A stretch of DNA of 64,000 bases from Acidiferrobacterales bacterium (GTDB taxonomy: Bacteria; Pseudomonadota; Gammaproteobacteria; Acidiferrobacterales; SZUA-150), in assembly GCA_947258385.1 (NCBI GenBank), contig CAMYII010000085.1, positions 72,609-136,608 on the forward strand. The letters are read 5' to 3'. Every line of letters starts with the position of its first letter. Positions within the stretch are counted from its first letter, which is position 1. Below, piece after piece: positions 41,069 to 50,837 of this stretch. The notes under the pieces were generated by a model. It searched no databases. It was not told where the DNA came from and saw only the letters and a list, made by a program, of their open reading frames with translations. A program made the translations under genes and the position numbers.

Positions 41069-41572
41069 TCACCAGCACTCGTAACGCGTGTCTATGCGCC
41101 CGTGACGCCGGCCGCCGCCGAGATCATGGCCGATGGCGGCGCCGACCACGGCGCCGGCAGCGGTGGCGACCTGGTCACCATGCCCTATCTCATGGCCGAT
41201 GGCGCCCCCGATCACACCGCCGGCGATCATCGATAGCGCCGGGGAATGATGGTGATACCCGCTCACAGACACGCCACGGCAGTACCGGGCGTACGGACGG
41301 TACACCGGGCCGTCGTAGTGATGCCGATGATGCGACCGGTGTCCCCTGCGATGATGCCCGCGCGTGTGGTGATGCCGTTGATCGTGCCGATAATGGTGTT
41401 TACGCTCATAGCGATGATGCTCGCGTTTTTTCTTCGGATAATGATCTGATCGATGGGCGCCACGCGCATCGCCATAAGATTTCCCGGATTTCCGATCCGA
41501 TGCATACACATCGGGCGACAGCATCCCAACCGCCAACACCAAAGATACTACACCGTATACCAGACGTTTCAT
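41069..41572 (-). CDS. secreted His/Arg-rich protein with C-terminal glycine-zipper domain
   Basis: ATG at 41572 with GGAGG Shine-Dalgarno. Signal peptide MKRLVYGVVSLVLAVGMLSPDVYA. Contains 24 His, concentrated in EHHRYERKHHYRHDQRHHHTRGHHRRGHRSHHRHHY. Ends with GGVIGGAIGHEIGHG...AAGAVVGAAIGHDLGGG. Confidence 0.75.
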   Translation of the reverse strand: MKRLVYGVVSLVLAVGMLSPDVYASDRKSGKSYGDARGAHRSDHYPKKKREHHRYERKHHYRHDQRHHHTRGHHRRGHRSHHRHHYDGPVYRPYARYCRGVSVSGYHHHSPALSMIAGGVIGGAIGHEIGHGDQVATAAGAVVGAAIGHDLGGGRRHGRIDTRYECW

Positions 41573-41882
41573 CGCTCGCCTCCTTCCGTTATCGGTCAAC
41601 CGGCGCCGGCCGGTGCAACCATTGGGGTGAAAAAAACCATCGTGGTCAGGCAGAGCATAGAAGGAGGTGGCTGAACCCACGCTGAACGGGAACACGCAGG
41701 CTGACACCGTGCAAGGCGGCGGGTTTTTGGCGTTTTCCGGGGCGACGGGCGTTCCCACTGTCGCGGCAAGCGGATGATCGGGGGGGCGGTTTGCGGCAGA
41801 CCCATGATGCGGGTGCCGCGGGGATCGGATCTTCAGCCGCGCTTGAACGATGGCTGATCTATGGCAACAAGGGAGTGCGCGC

Positions 41883-42236
41883 CTACATCAGTCGCACGGG
41901 TTGTTCATCTGTCAGCGCCAGCAGATTTATCACCACCGCCAGGGCGGTGGCCGCGAAGGCGTCCGGCGTCTTCCATTGATCCGAGGACCCGATTTCCTCA
42001 CTGATGTTCTCACCCACCACCCGCATCCGGTGAGAACCCTCCTGGGCCCTCGGTCCGCGATTTCTTTCCAGCGTCACGTAGAGCTTGGGATTGGTCGCGC
42101 CCTCGACAATGACGGCGAGTATGTATGTGTAGTCGATATCATCGGTGCTCTCGATGTCACCCAGCACCACGGCGTTATATTCACCGACCTGATAGCGGCG
42201 CTGAGGAACCGCGGTGCCGAACTTGGGGCGGTCCAT
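41883..42236 (-). CDS. hypothetical protein (117 aa)
   Basis: ORF begins 8 nt after the aminotransferase stop on the same strand. No recognised motif. Confidence 0.55.
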   Translation of the reverse strand: MDRPKFGTAVPQRRYQVGEYNAVVLGDIESTDDIDYTYILAVIVEGATNPKLYVTLERNRGPRAQEGSHRMRVVGENISEEIGSSDQWKTPDAFAATALAVVINLLALTDEQPVRLM

Positions 42237-42244
42237 GAAGACCC

Positions 42245-43423
42245 TTAGCCCACGGCGCTCTGCGCGGCACTCACCGCCACCCCTTGGGTGATGGCCGCTT
42301 GCATATCACTCAGCACCGCATCCAGCGCCCCCAGACAATAGAGCACATTCTTGGTATTGCTCGCATAACCCATGAGCCCGATGCGCCAGATCTTGCCCGC
42401 CAGAACGCCCAGACCGGCACCGATCTCTAGATCGTATTCGTTCAACAGGCGCTGGCGCACCGCGGCCTCATCGACCCCGTCCGGCAGTAAGACCGCATTG
42501 AGCTGCGGCAAACGGTCCTCTTCTTTGACCAGGAAAGACAGACCCATGGCCTCGATACCGGCGCGCAGCGCCAGATGGTTCTTTGTGTGGCGCACCCACG
42601 CCTGTTCTAACCCCTCTTCACGCAGCATCACCAGCGCCTCATGCAGCCCATAAAGGGCGTTGACCGGTGCGGTGTGGTGATAGCTGCGCTTGGTGCCGTT
42701 GCCCCAATAGCCCATGACCAGACTCACGTCCAGAAACCAGCTCTGCACGGGGGACTTGCGCGCCGTGATACGCTCGACCGCGCGGTCACTGAATGTCACC
42801 GGTGACAGCCCCGGCGCGCACGACAGGCATTTCTGGCTGCCGCTGTAGAGCGCATCGATTCCCCACTCGTCGACCAGCACCGGCGTGCCGGCGAGCGAGG
42901 TCACCGCATCGACAATGCTCAGGCAGTCGTACTGGTGCGCCAAGGCCGTCAGGGTCTTGGCGTCGGATTGTGCGCCGGTGGAGGTCTCGGCATGGACAAA
43001 GGCGACCACCCGCGCATCCGGGTTGGCTTTTAGGGTCTCTTCGAGTTTATTCGGGTCCACCGCCTCGCCCCAGGCATCCTCCACCATCACGGCGACCCCG
43101 CCGCAACGCTCGACATTTTCCTTCATGCGCCCGCCGAAGACCCCGTTCTGGCACACGATCACCTTGTCCCCGGGCTCCACGAGATTGACGAAGCACATCT
43201 CCATCCCTGCGGAGCCCGGGGCCGAGACCGGCAAGGTCATTTCATTGCTGGTCCGCAAGGTATATTGCAGGAGTGTCTTCACGTCCTCCATCATGCCGGT
43301 GAAGGCCGGGTCGAGGTGGCCGATCGTGGGCCGGGCCATGGCGGCCGACACCCGCGGGTGAACGTCAGAGGGGCCGGGGCCCATGAGGGTGCGCACGGGC
43401 GGATTAAACGAGCTGATCGCCAT
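42245..43423 (-). CDS. class-V aminotransferase (serine/alanine-glyoxylate aminotransferase type)
   Basis: From the ATG at 43423. LMGPGPSDVHPRV, and PLP-lysine context YSGSQKCLS. The track's 5' extension was rejected. Confidence 0.88.
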   Translation of the reverse strand: MAISSFNPPVRTLMGPGPSDVHPRVSAAMARPTIGHLDPAFTGMMEDVKTLLQYTLRTSNEMTLPVSAPGSAGMEMCFVNLVEPGDKVIVCQNGVFGGRMKENVERCGGVAVMVEDAWGEAVDPNKLEETLKANPDARVVAFVHAETSTGAQSDAKTLTALAHQYDCLSIVDAVTSLAGTPVLVDEWGIDALYSGSQKCLSCAPGLSPVTFSDRAVERITARKSPVQSWFLDVSLVMGYWGNGTKRSYHHTAPVNALYGLHEALVMLREEGLEQAWVRHTKNHLALRAGIEAMGLSFLVKEEDRLPQLNAVLLPDGVDEAAVRQRLLNEYDLEIGAGLGVLAGKIWRIGLMGYASNTKNVLYCLGALDAVLSDMQAAITQGVAVSAAQSAVG

Positions 43424-43526
43424 ATTGTTTACCTTGCAGACAGGACTTGGGTTGCGAGGGGCCGCAGTATACGTGGCCCGATTTCTCCGAGGCAAGGGTT
43501 GAGCGGTTCTTCCCATCATCACCCGG

Positions 43527-44630
43527 TCAATCCCGGGCACCGCCAGCGGGCGGTGCCGGCGCACACAGGCGATCAGGGTTCAGCAGGCCGCGGGGATCGA
43601 AAGCCCGTTTTAGGCGCCGGTGCAGCGCCAGCAGACCCGGCGCCAGCGGATGAAAGACATCACCGCGGCGGTCACCGCCGCGAAACAGCGTGGCGTGGCC
43701 GCCGACCGCCGCGGCGGCCTCGCGCACGGCGGCCACCGGCTGCTCGCCGCGCAGCCAGCGCTGGGCGCCGCCCCAATCAAGCAGCCACGCTCCCGAGAGG
43801 CTCGCGGGCGGTGCTGCCGGCGGGACCGAAACCCGCCACAGCGGCGCGTCTCCGGCAAAAAAAGCCAGCCGCTGCTCGCGCAGGTCGCGCCAGAACCGGT
43901 CACCGCTCGGTAGCTCATCCCCCCCGATGGAGCGCCGCGCCGCCCGCACACCGCGCTCGGTGCCCGAGAGCCGCACATACAGCTGATCGTCGGCGTAACA
44001 GGCCGCCGACAGCGGTAACGGCCGACCGGCCCAGCGGTTCATTTGGTCGATGGCGTCCTGTGGCACGGTTTGCAGCACCAGGGTAAGCTCCCGTGCCGGT
44101 CTGGGTACTACCTTGAGGGAGACCCGGAGCAAGACGCCGAGCGTGCCCAGGGCACCGACCATCAGCCGGGAGACATCGTAGCCGGCGACGTTTTTCATGA
44201 CCCGGCCGCCGCAATGCAGACGCTCAGCCTTGCCATTGAGGTACTCAACGCCAAGCACGAAATCGCGCGCCGCGCCGGCATACGGTCGCCGCGGACCCGA
44301 CAGGCCGCAGGCAATGGCGCCCCCGAGCGTCGCGGTCTCGCCAAAATGCGGCGGCTCGAAGGCCAGCATCTGGCCATGGGCCTCGAGCAGCGCCTCAAGT
44401 TCCTGCAGCGGTGTGCCGGCACGCGCCGTGACCACGAGCTCTGTCGGCTCATAATCCACCACACCGCGGTGGCCGGCGACATGGAAGGGCTCGCCGCGCG
44501 CACGGCGGCCGTAAAACCGCTTGCTTCCGCCGCCGATGATCTCCAGAGGGATCTTTTCTTCCACGGCCCGCGACAGCGCCTCCTGCAGTGCCTGGCCTTC
44601 GTCAGCGCCGGGCTGCACGGCCGCCTCCAT
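43527..44630 (-). CDS. glcE: glycolate oxidase FAD-binding subunit GlcE
   Basis: Colinear with E. coli GlcE (GIVNYDPTELVITARVGTPL and VMKNVAGYDLSRLMVGS equivalents present). Alternative start at 44660. Confidence 0.85.
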   Translation of the reverse strand: MEAAVQPGADEGQALQEALSRAVEEKIPLEIIGGGSKRFYGRRARGEPFHVAGHRGVVDYEPTELVVTARAGTPLQELEALLEAHGQMLAFEPPHFGETATLGGAIACGLSGPRRPYAGAARDFVLGVEYLNGKAERLHCGGRVMKNVAGYDVSRLMVGALGTLGVLLRVSLKVVPRPARELTLVLQTVPQDAIDQMNRWAGRPLPLSAACYADDQLYVRLSGTERGVRAARRSIGGDELPSGDRFWRDLREQRLAFFAGDAPLWRVSVPPAAPPASLSGAWLLDWGGAQRWLRGEQPVAAVREAAAAVGGHATLFRGGDRRGDVFHPLAPGLLALHRRLKRAFDPRGLLNPDRLCAPAPPAGGARD

Positions 44631-44693
44631 TCTCTCTACGCCTTGCCGCTTGTAGCTCAATGCCCATGTTCGCCCTGCGTATCGCCTAAGTCG

Positions 44694-46229
44694 CTAAAAA
44701 CGCTCGATGTCGGGAAACGGCAACTTGCCGCCATGCACATGCATGGCACCGAACTCCGCGCAGCGGGCAAGGGTGGGAATCGCCTTGCCGGGATTCAGCA
44801 ACCCGCGAGGATCGAACGCCGCCTTGAGTGCGTGAAATTGTACGAGCTCCGGCTCACGAAACTGCACGCACATCTGATTGATCTTCTCCACACCCACGCC
44901 GTGCTCGCCGGTGATGGTGCCGCCAACCTCGACGCAGAGCTCCAGTATCCGGCCGCCAAACTCTTCGGTGCGCTCCAGCTCACCGGGTACGTTAGCGTCA
45001 TAGAGGATCAGGGGATGCAGATTGCCGTCGCCGGCATGGAACACATTGGCGACCGGCAAGCGGTATTCTGCGGACATCTCGCCGATGCGCTTGAGCACGT
45101 GAGCGAGCTGCGCGCGCGGGATGGTGCCATCCATACAGTAATAGTCCGGCGAAATGCGTCCGACGGCGGGGAACGCCGCTTTGCGCCCCGCCCACAGGCG
45201 CTGCCGCTCCGCGTCGTCCTTGGCCGCGCGCACCGCGCTCGCCCCGTGATCGACCAATAATTGACGCACTTGCGCAATCAGCTCCGAGACCTCCTCGTCG
45301 GTACCGTCGAGCTCGCACAACAGGATGGCGGCGGCCCCGGTCGGGTAGCCCGCATGCACGAAGTCCTCGGCGGCGCGGATCGCGGGGTTGTCCATCATTT
45401 CGAGGCCGGCCGGAATGATGCCGGCGCCAATGACTGCGGCAACGGCGTTACCTGCCTGCTCGATACGGTCGAAGGCGGCCAGGATCACTTGTGCGCGCTC
45501 GGGCTTGGGCAGCAATTTAACGGTCACTTCAACGATCACCGCCAGCATCCCTTCCGAACCCGTCAGCACAGCCAGCAGGTCATAGCCCGGCGCATCCAGG
45601 CCCTGGCCGCCGATGGTCAACGCTTCGCCCTCAATCGTAATGACCTTGATCTCCAGGAGATTGTGGACCGTCAGGCCGTATTTCAGACAATGCACGCCGC
45701 CGGCGTTCTCGGCGACGTTACCACCGATCGAACAGGCGATCTGGGAGGAGGGGTCCGGGGCATAGTACAGGCCGTAGGGCGCAGCGGCCTCGGAAATGGC
45801 CAGATTTCTGACACCGGGCTGCACCCGGGCCACCCGGTTCATCGGATCGATGTGCACAATGCGATTAAATCTGGCGAGGCTCAAGAGCACCGCATCCTCG
45901 CGCGGCAGGGCGCCGCCGGAGAGCCCGGTCCCGGCCCCGCGCGCCACCACCGGGACGCGTTCGGCCGAACACACCTCGAGGGCCTGTTGCACCTGCTCGA
46001 CCGTCTCGGGCAGCAGCACCATCATCGGTACGCGGCGATAGGCCGACAGGCCATCGCACTCGTACGGGCGCAAATCCTCGGCATCGACCAGCACCCCGTC
46101 GCGGGGCATGAAACGGCGGAACAGGCCCGCAAGTCGCTGTGTCTGAGTCCTTCTGTCGGTATCACTGGAAAGCGGCTGGTTCATGGCAAGCTCCAACTGT
46201 CGGTACCGGTTGGTGCGTACATCAGACAT
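44694..46229 (-). CDS. glcD: glycolate oxidase subunit GlcD (FAD-linked oxidase)
   Basis: 511 aa. VVARGAGTGLSGGALP FAD-binding motif and C-terminal GEHGVGVEK. Confidence 0.92.
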   Translation of the reverse strand: MSDVRTNRYRQLELAMNQPLSSDTDRRTQTQRLAGLFRRFMPRDGVLVDAEDLRPYECDGLSAYRRVPMMVLLPETVEQVQQALEVCSAERVPVVARGAGTGLSGGALPREDAVLLSLARFNRIVHIDPMNRVARVQPGVRNLAISEAAAPYGLYYAPDPSSQIACSIGGNVAENAGGVHCLKYGLTVHNLLEIKVITIEGEALTIGGQGLDAPGYDLLAVLTGSEGMLAVIVEVTVKLLPKPERAQVILAAFDRIEQAGNAVAAVIGAGIIPAGLEMMDNPAIRAAEDFVHAGYPTGAAAILLCELDGTDEEVSELIAQVRQLLVDHGASAVRAAKDDAERQRLWAGRKAAFPAVGRISPDYYCMDGTIPRAQLAHVLKRIGEMSAEYRLPVANVFHAGDGNLHPLILYDANVPGELERTEEFGGRILELCVEVGGTITGEHGVGVEKINQMCVQFREPELVQFHALKAAFDPRGLLNPGKAIPTLARCAEFGAMHVHGGKLPFPDIERF

Positions 46230-46375
46230 ACCTTAACGCGTCCCAAAGCGCCTTGCCAGCCTACCCTCGATAACCATGCGGAAATTGCCGCAACCCTGTC
46301 CCGCCAGACGTCCGCCTGGGTCTTGCTGGGATGCCTGGGCGCCAACTCGATCCTGGCGGCGGCGCCGTCACGCGG

Positions 46376-47929
46376 TCAACGACCGAGTTGGGTCAGCAAC
46401 AGCGACGAGATCAGCCGTTCAACCGGCACGGCATCGTCGGTCAATACCGGCACCTCGCTCATTGCCGTACCGGTGGTGAGCAGCGGCTCCGTTACCCGAT
46501 ACCAGACCCGCTCGAATCCGCGTTGCGCCTGCAATGAATCAGGCACGACATGTGTGTTGCTGGCAGCGATCACGAATGTCACGCGCTCGGGCCGTTGCGG
46601 CAGGGTCTCCATCCACGCGTTTACGTGCTCGAACTCCGTTGCCAACGTCTTCAAGAGGCTTTTAACCAGCACCGGATCGGGGAAGGCATCGACCACGTTC
46701 AGGGTATAAAGGCCGCCGGGCTTAAGCCGCGAGCGCAGCAACCCGGCGTATTCCCGGGTCACGAGGTGATAGGGAATGGCGATATCGTGAAAGACATCAC
46801 CCACGATGACATCGAAGCGCTCTTGTCCGAGACGGTGTAACACCATGCGGGCGTCGCTATGGAAGATACGCATCGTGCCCGGATCCAAAAACAGCCGTTC
46901 GACAGCGGTCTGGGTCACCGCCGGATCGAGCTCGGCCACGGTGACACGGGCATCGGGATACAACGCCCGCACGGCGCGCGGCTGCGTATAGGAGCCGCCC
47001 CCGGCAAAAAAGAAATCCAGCCCTTCGAGCCGCTGGCCGCCGAAATGCTCGAGCACCAGCTCATCCATAAGGTGCATATAGGCCGGAATCAACATCCCCG
47101 GCTCGCTGTCATGGCTGATACCGTGGATCAGATGATCGAGCACCAGGGCGCGCGCCTGCCCGAACGGGGCGCGGTCCGATTCATCCACCACCCGGATACA
47201 GAAATAGTTGCTCTCCCAGTCGCACGGATTGGTCATCCCTTGACGCGTATACGTAACACCCGCGAGCAAACAAGCGGTGGCAATGAGGATAATCGCCGGC
47301 AGCCGGCGCGGCGCCCGCCACAGAAACGGTGCCGCCAGGAGGAACATGCTCACAGCCGTGCCCAGCACGATGTTGCGGGTTCCAAAATACTGCACCAGCC
47401 AGTAACCGGTGAGGAAGGTTCCGACAATGCTGCCCAATGCCGCCAGCGCATGCAGCCGTCCGACGATGTGGCCGGTGCGCTCGTCCAGGCGCAGCGCCAT
47501 GGTCGTCAACAGCGGCGTCACGATCCCCAGCAACGCCGAGGGTATGAAAAACAGGGCCAGAACATAGAGGAAACTCACACTCAGCAGATCCAGGGTGCTG
47601 GCCTGAATGAGCGGCGCAAGTATCGACAGAAACAACAGGATGGCCAGACTGAAAATCCCGCCGGCACCCAAGGTCAGGCCGACGGAGCGTTCATTCCCGC
47701 CACGATCCGCCCAGGCGCCGCCGATCCAGTTTCCCAGCGACAGCCCGGCCAGCACGACACCGATAATCGAGGTCCAGGAATAAAGCGATACGCCGATATA
47801 AGGCGCAAGCAGGCGCCCGGCGGTGATTTCCAGTACCATGAGGAATGCCGAGCTGAGGAAGATCGTGAGCGCGTACCACTTGACAGGTCCGCGCCTGCCT
47901 GGGGTCGTGTTTTGCCCGTTGAACGCCAT
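46376..47929 (-). CDS. fused polytopic membrane domain / spermidine synthase-like methyltransferase-fold protein
   Basis: The N-terminal ~200 aa hold multiple TM helices. The C-terminal half has a spermidine-synthase-like fold (FFAGGGSYTQPR, VIVGDVFHD). Confidence 0.82.
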   Translation of the reverse strand: MAFNGQNTTPGRRGPVKWYALTIFLSSAFLMVLEITAGRLLAPYIGVSLYSWTSIIGVVLAGLSLGNWIGGAWADRGGNERSVGLTLGAGGIFSLAILLFLSILAPLIQASTLDLLSVSFLYVLALFFIPSALLGIVTPLLTTMALRLDERTGHIVGRLHALAALGSIVGTFLTGYWLVQYFGTRNIVLGTAVSMFLLAAPFLWRAPRRLPAIILIATACLLAGVTYTRQGMTNPCDWESNYFCIRVVDESDRAPFGQARALVLDHLIHGISHDSEPGMLIPAYMHLMDELVLEHFGGQRLEGLDFFFAGGGSYTQPRAVRALYPDARVTVAELDPAVTQTAVERLFLDPGTMRIFHSDARMVLHRLGQERFDVIVGDVFHDIAIPYHLVTREYAGLLRSRLKPGGLYTLNVVDAFPDPVLVKSLLKTLATEFEHVNAWMETLPQRPERVTFVIAASNTHVVPDSLQAQRGFERVWYRVTEPLLTTGTAMSEVPVLTDDAVPVERLISSLLLTQLGR

Positions 47930-47984
47930 GATGGCGTATCATTCATCGCACACTGCACCACGTCAAGGCCAAAGAGACAGGCTT

Positions 47985-48380
47985 ATGCCGCCGTCGAGCC
48001 CGGAGTTAAAGAAATTCATTAAGGATCTGGAAAAATCCGGCGAACCTTATGAAGCGCTGTCTCCGATCGGCGGGCCACAGGCGCGCGTCCGCTTTACCGG
48101 TCGCTTCGCCGAAGCGGACGTCATCTGGGATGCCGAGTTGATGACATTAGCGTACTGTTACGGGCAGCAATTATCCAACACTGCCCGTAACGGTCTGCGC
48201 CAATTCATTGAGGTCGGCACACCCGGACCGGCAGGCCGAAGGCTCAAGATTGGGCTCGCCACCGCCTGCATTGATGAACCGACGATTCTAAAATCAATCG
48301 TCATGATTCGCCGATACAAACGCTTACATGCCGGCCGACATGAATACGGCGAGGTCTATGAGTTGCGCCTGCGGAGCTAA
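47985..48380 (+). CDS. hypothetical protein (131 aa)
   Basis: ATG at 47985. The track's longer form would overlap the divergent neighbour. No recognised motif. Confidence 0.5.
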   Translation: MPPSSPELKKFIKDLEKSGEPYEALSPIGGPQARVRFTGRFAEADVIWDAELMTLAYCYGQQLSNTARNGLRQFIEVGTPGPAGRRLKIGLATACIDEPTILKSIVMIRRYKRLHAGRHEYGEVYELRLRS

Positions 48381-48461
48381 GAATGCAAAAAGTCCATGGA
48401 AGGACTTTTTCAGCATCCTGCTAGCAACGCCTCCCCCGCCGCAACATCGTGAAACCGGTCG

Positions 48462-49703
48462 TCAGTCGCTGACCTGATCCCTGCCCTTCTCTTTTGCGCG
48501 GTACAGCGCCTTATCGGCGGCCTTGAGAACGTCTTGTGGCGACCAAACCTCGTCATCGGGTTGCGCCACCCCGATGCTTATGGTGATCGATGTGTGCCTT
48601 GGGGGCTTTTTTCTCTCCGGCTTATGCTCGGGCTTCACCCTCGGCCTATACTTGGCGCGCAGCATGAATTCAGACCGGCCGACGCTCTCGCGCAGCGCCT
48701 CCAGCGCGTCATAGGCATCTTCGACGCTCCTGCCCGGGAACAGCACGGTAAATTCCTCGCCGCCATAACGGTACGCTTTGCCGCCGGCACCGACCCGCCG
48801 CAGGCGACTGGCCACAAAGCGCAATACCTGATCGCCCACATCATGGCCGTAGGTATCGTTGAATTTCTTGAAGTGATCGATATCAGCCATGGCAATAACA
48901 TACCGACTACCCAACTTGAGCAGCTGTTCATTGAGGGCGCGTCTTCCAGGCAGGCCGGTCAGTTCGTCGTGGAAAGCCATGCTATAGGAATCCTGCACCA
49001 GGGCGATGGTCAGGATCAGCCCGGCAGCGGCGAAGTAGCCCGCTGTAGCCAATCCCGGCCAGGCCGCGCTGAGGGCGAGCGCGGCGCCCACCAGCGCCCC
49101 CAGGAACGCGCTCTCCAGCGTCGAGCGGCGGAAGAAAAACCTGATCGAAAGAAACACGGCGGTCGCCATGACCATCAGCTGCGCCGGCTGCGGAAGTTTT
49201 GCGTGGCCCAGAATGCCCGTGCTATCGAACCTCAGAGCCGTGTAATGCAACACCCACGGCGCCTGCGCCTGCGCAAACCAGGCAAGCAGCCCCGCTTGCA
49301 GGCAAATGAAGCCGAAACGAAGGCTTCCGTGCCTGGTAAAGATGCCCCTCTCCTTGAGCACGGCAAACACGGCGAAGTTAAAAGGCACCAAGAAGCAAAT
49401 CCCACTGTAGAACGCCCGCCACGTCGCGCTGCGGGGTGATATCTGACCAAGGTAACTCGACAAGGTCCAGTAAGCGAGCAGCAAAACACCGAGCACAAAA
49501 AAGCTGCGGCTGCGGTTGAAACGCCAGGCCAGGGCCATGCCCGATGCAAAAAGGACATAAGGAAGATATGCGACTAAAGCGCGCACTGACCGATGCAGCG
49601 TTGTGGCCTGATCGAGCAGCAGGTAGGTGACAGCCAATACGGCCGCCGGTAGCGCAAGGATAATTATCACCTTGCCGAACGCCCTTAAGTCATAGTCTTG
49701 CAT
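48462..49703 (-). CDS. membrane-anchored diguanylate cyclase (GGDEF)
   Basis: Roughly 8 predicted TM helices, then DELTGLPGRRAL...DIDHFKKFNDTYGH...YRYGGEEF. Start chosen at ATG 49703; the TTG at 49874 is possible. Confidence 0.86.
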   Translation of the reverse strand: MQDYDLRAFGKVIIILALPAAVLAVTYLLLDQATTLHRSVRALVAYLPYVLFASGMALAWRFNRSRSFFVLGVLLLAYWTLSSYLGQISPRSATWRAFYSGICFLVPFNFAVFAVLKERGIFTRHGSLRFGFICLQAGLLAWFAQAQAPWVLHYTALRFDSTGILGHAKLPQPAQLMVMATAVFLSIRFFFRRSTLESAFLGALVGAALALSAAWPGLATAGYFAAAGLILTIALVQDSYSMAFHDELTGLPGRRALNEQLLKLGSRYVIAMADIDHFKKFNDTYGHDVGDQVLRFVASRLRRVGAGGKAYRYGGEEFTVLFPGRSVEDAYDALEALRESVGRSEFMLRAKYRPRVKPEHKPERKKPPRHTSITISIGVAQPDDEVWSPQDVLKAADKALYRAKEKGRDQVSD

Positions 49704-49966
49704 GGGCTCTTTGCATAATTTCAGAGTTCGCTTGGCGAATTTATCAGACGTTAGCTGCATAAGCGCTAAATAGCCGCGAACCCGCCCCCCCATTGTCGTC
49801 TTCCAGCCCCTATCCAAGCATAGACCGGAATGCGACTGTCGGCCAGACATCGCCGCGTAGAGCCCCTGAGACAAGCCAAAACGGTCCCGCAGGAGTCAGG
49901 CGCGATCACGCGATGATCACCGGCACATTATGATTTGCTAAGATTGGCCCATTACCGGCCGTCTCG

Positions 49967-50335
49967 ATGAGCAATATGCATCCCTTTGTGGCGCTCGATC
50001 AGTTCAGTTTTCACCACACGCTCGGCGAGACGCACGGGTTGAGCGTGGTGATCTTCGCCAGCCGGGCGTGTGCATCTTGCCGTCGCTGGAAGCGGCTGTT
50101 GGCGGATTACGTCGACCGCCGGGAGTCACCTGAAATTACGGTGTTCGAGGTCGATGCCGAACATGACCTGGGTCTGGTGCGGGAATTCGAGGTCTTCCAT
50201 TTTCCCGCTTTATTTCTCTACCAGGATGGGAGATATCATTGTGAGCTGCAATCCGAGGCGTCGCTGGAAGGATTCGCCGCCGCCATTGGAAACCCCGGCA
50301 GGAGGCCCCTTGAATCGACAGGCCAACCGCGGTAA
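49967..50335 (+). CDS. thioredoxin-fold protein (CxxC)
   Basis: VVIFASRACASCRRWKRLL ... FHFPALFLYQDG is a thioredoxin-like pattern. Confidence 0.6.
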   Translation: MSNMHPFVALDQFSFHHTLGETHGLSVVIFASRACASCRRWKRLLADYVDRRESPEITVFEVDAEHDLGLVREFEVFHFPALFLYQDGRYHCELQSEASLEGFAAAIGNPGRRPLESTGQPR

Positions 50336-50411
50336 GGGATCATCAGGAACCCGGGTAGAACCGAGCTCGGCACGAGGCGACGAACAAGATTCAAGGCACG
50401 GGGAAAAGACG

Positions 50412-50810
50412 ATGACCCGATATATGACCCAGTATAATGGTATCCATCACGCAAGCGTGCTGGTGCACGACACCGCGCGCGCATTGGCGTTTTACCACGA
50501 CGTCCTTGGCCTGGAGATCGACTCCCGACGCCCCGACCTCGGCTACCCCGGTGCCTGGCTGCAGATCGGCGCGGCACAGATTCACCTTCTGCAACTTCCC
50601 AGTCCGGACCCGGCGCTCGGGCGCCCGGACCACCCTGGCCGCGACCGACATCTTGCGCTGACGATCAAGGACCTCGCACCGCTAAAAACAGCGCTCGAGC
50701 GGGCGGGTATCTCCTATACGCTCAGCCGCTCGGGCCGCAAGGCGCTGTTTTGCCGTGACCCCGACGGCAATGGTCTCGAATTCGTACAGGTGGAAGAAAA
50801 ACCCGGCTGA
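50412..50810 (+). CDS. VOC-family (glyoxalase/bleomycin-resistance/dioxygenase) protein
   Basis: From the ATG at 50412. GIHHASVLVHDTARALAFYHDVLGLE ... HLALTI ... FCRDPDGNGLEF. Confidence 0.83.
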   Translation: MTRYMTQYNGIHHASVLVHDTARALAFYHDVLGLEIDSRRPDLGYPGAWLQIGAAQIHLLQLPSPDPALGRPDHPGRDRHLALTIKDLAPLKTALERAGISYTLSRSGRKALFCRDPDGNGLEFVQVEEKPG

Positions 50811-50837
50811 CCAATACATTTAACCGTCGGGGGTCTC

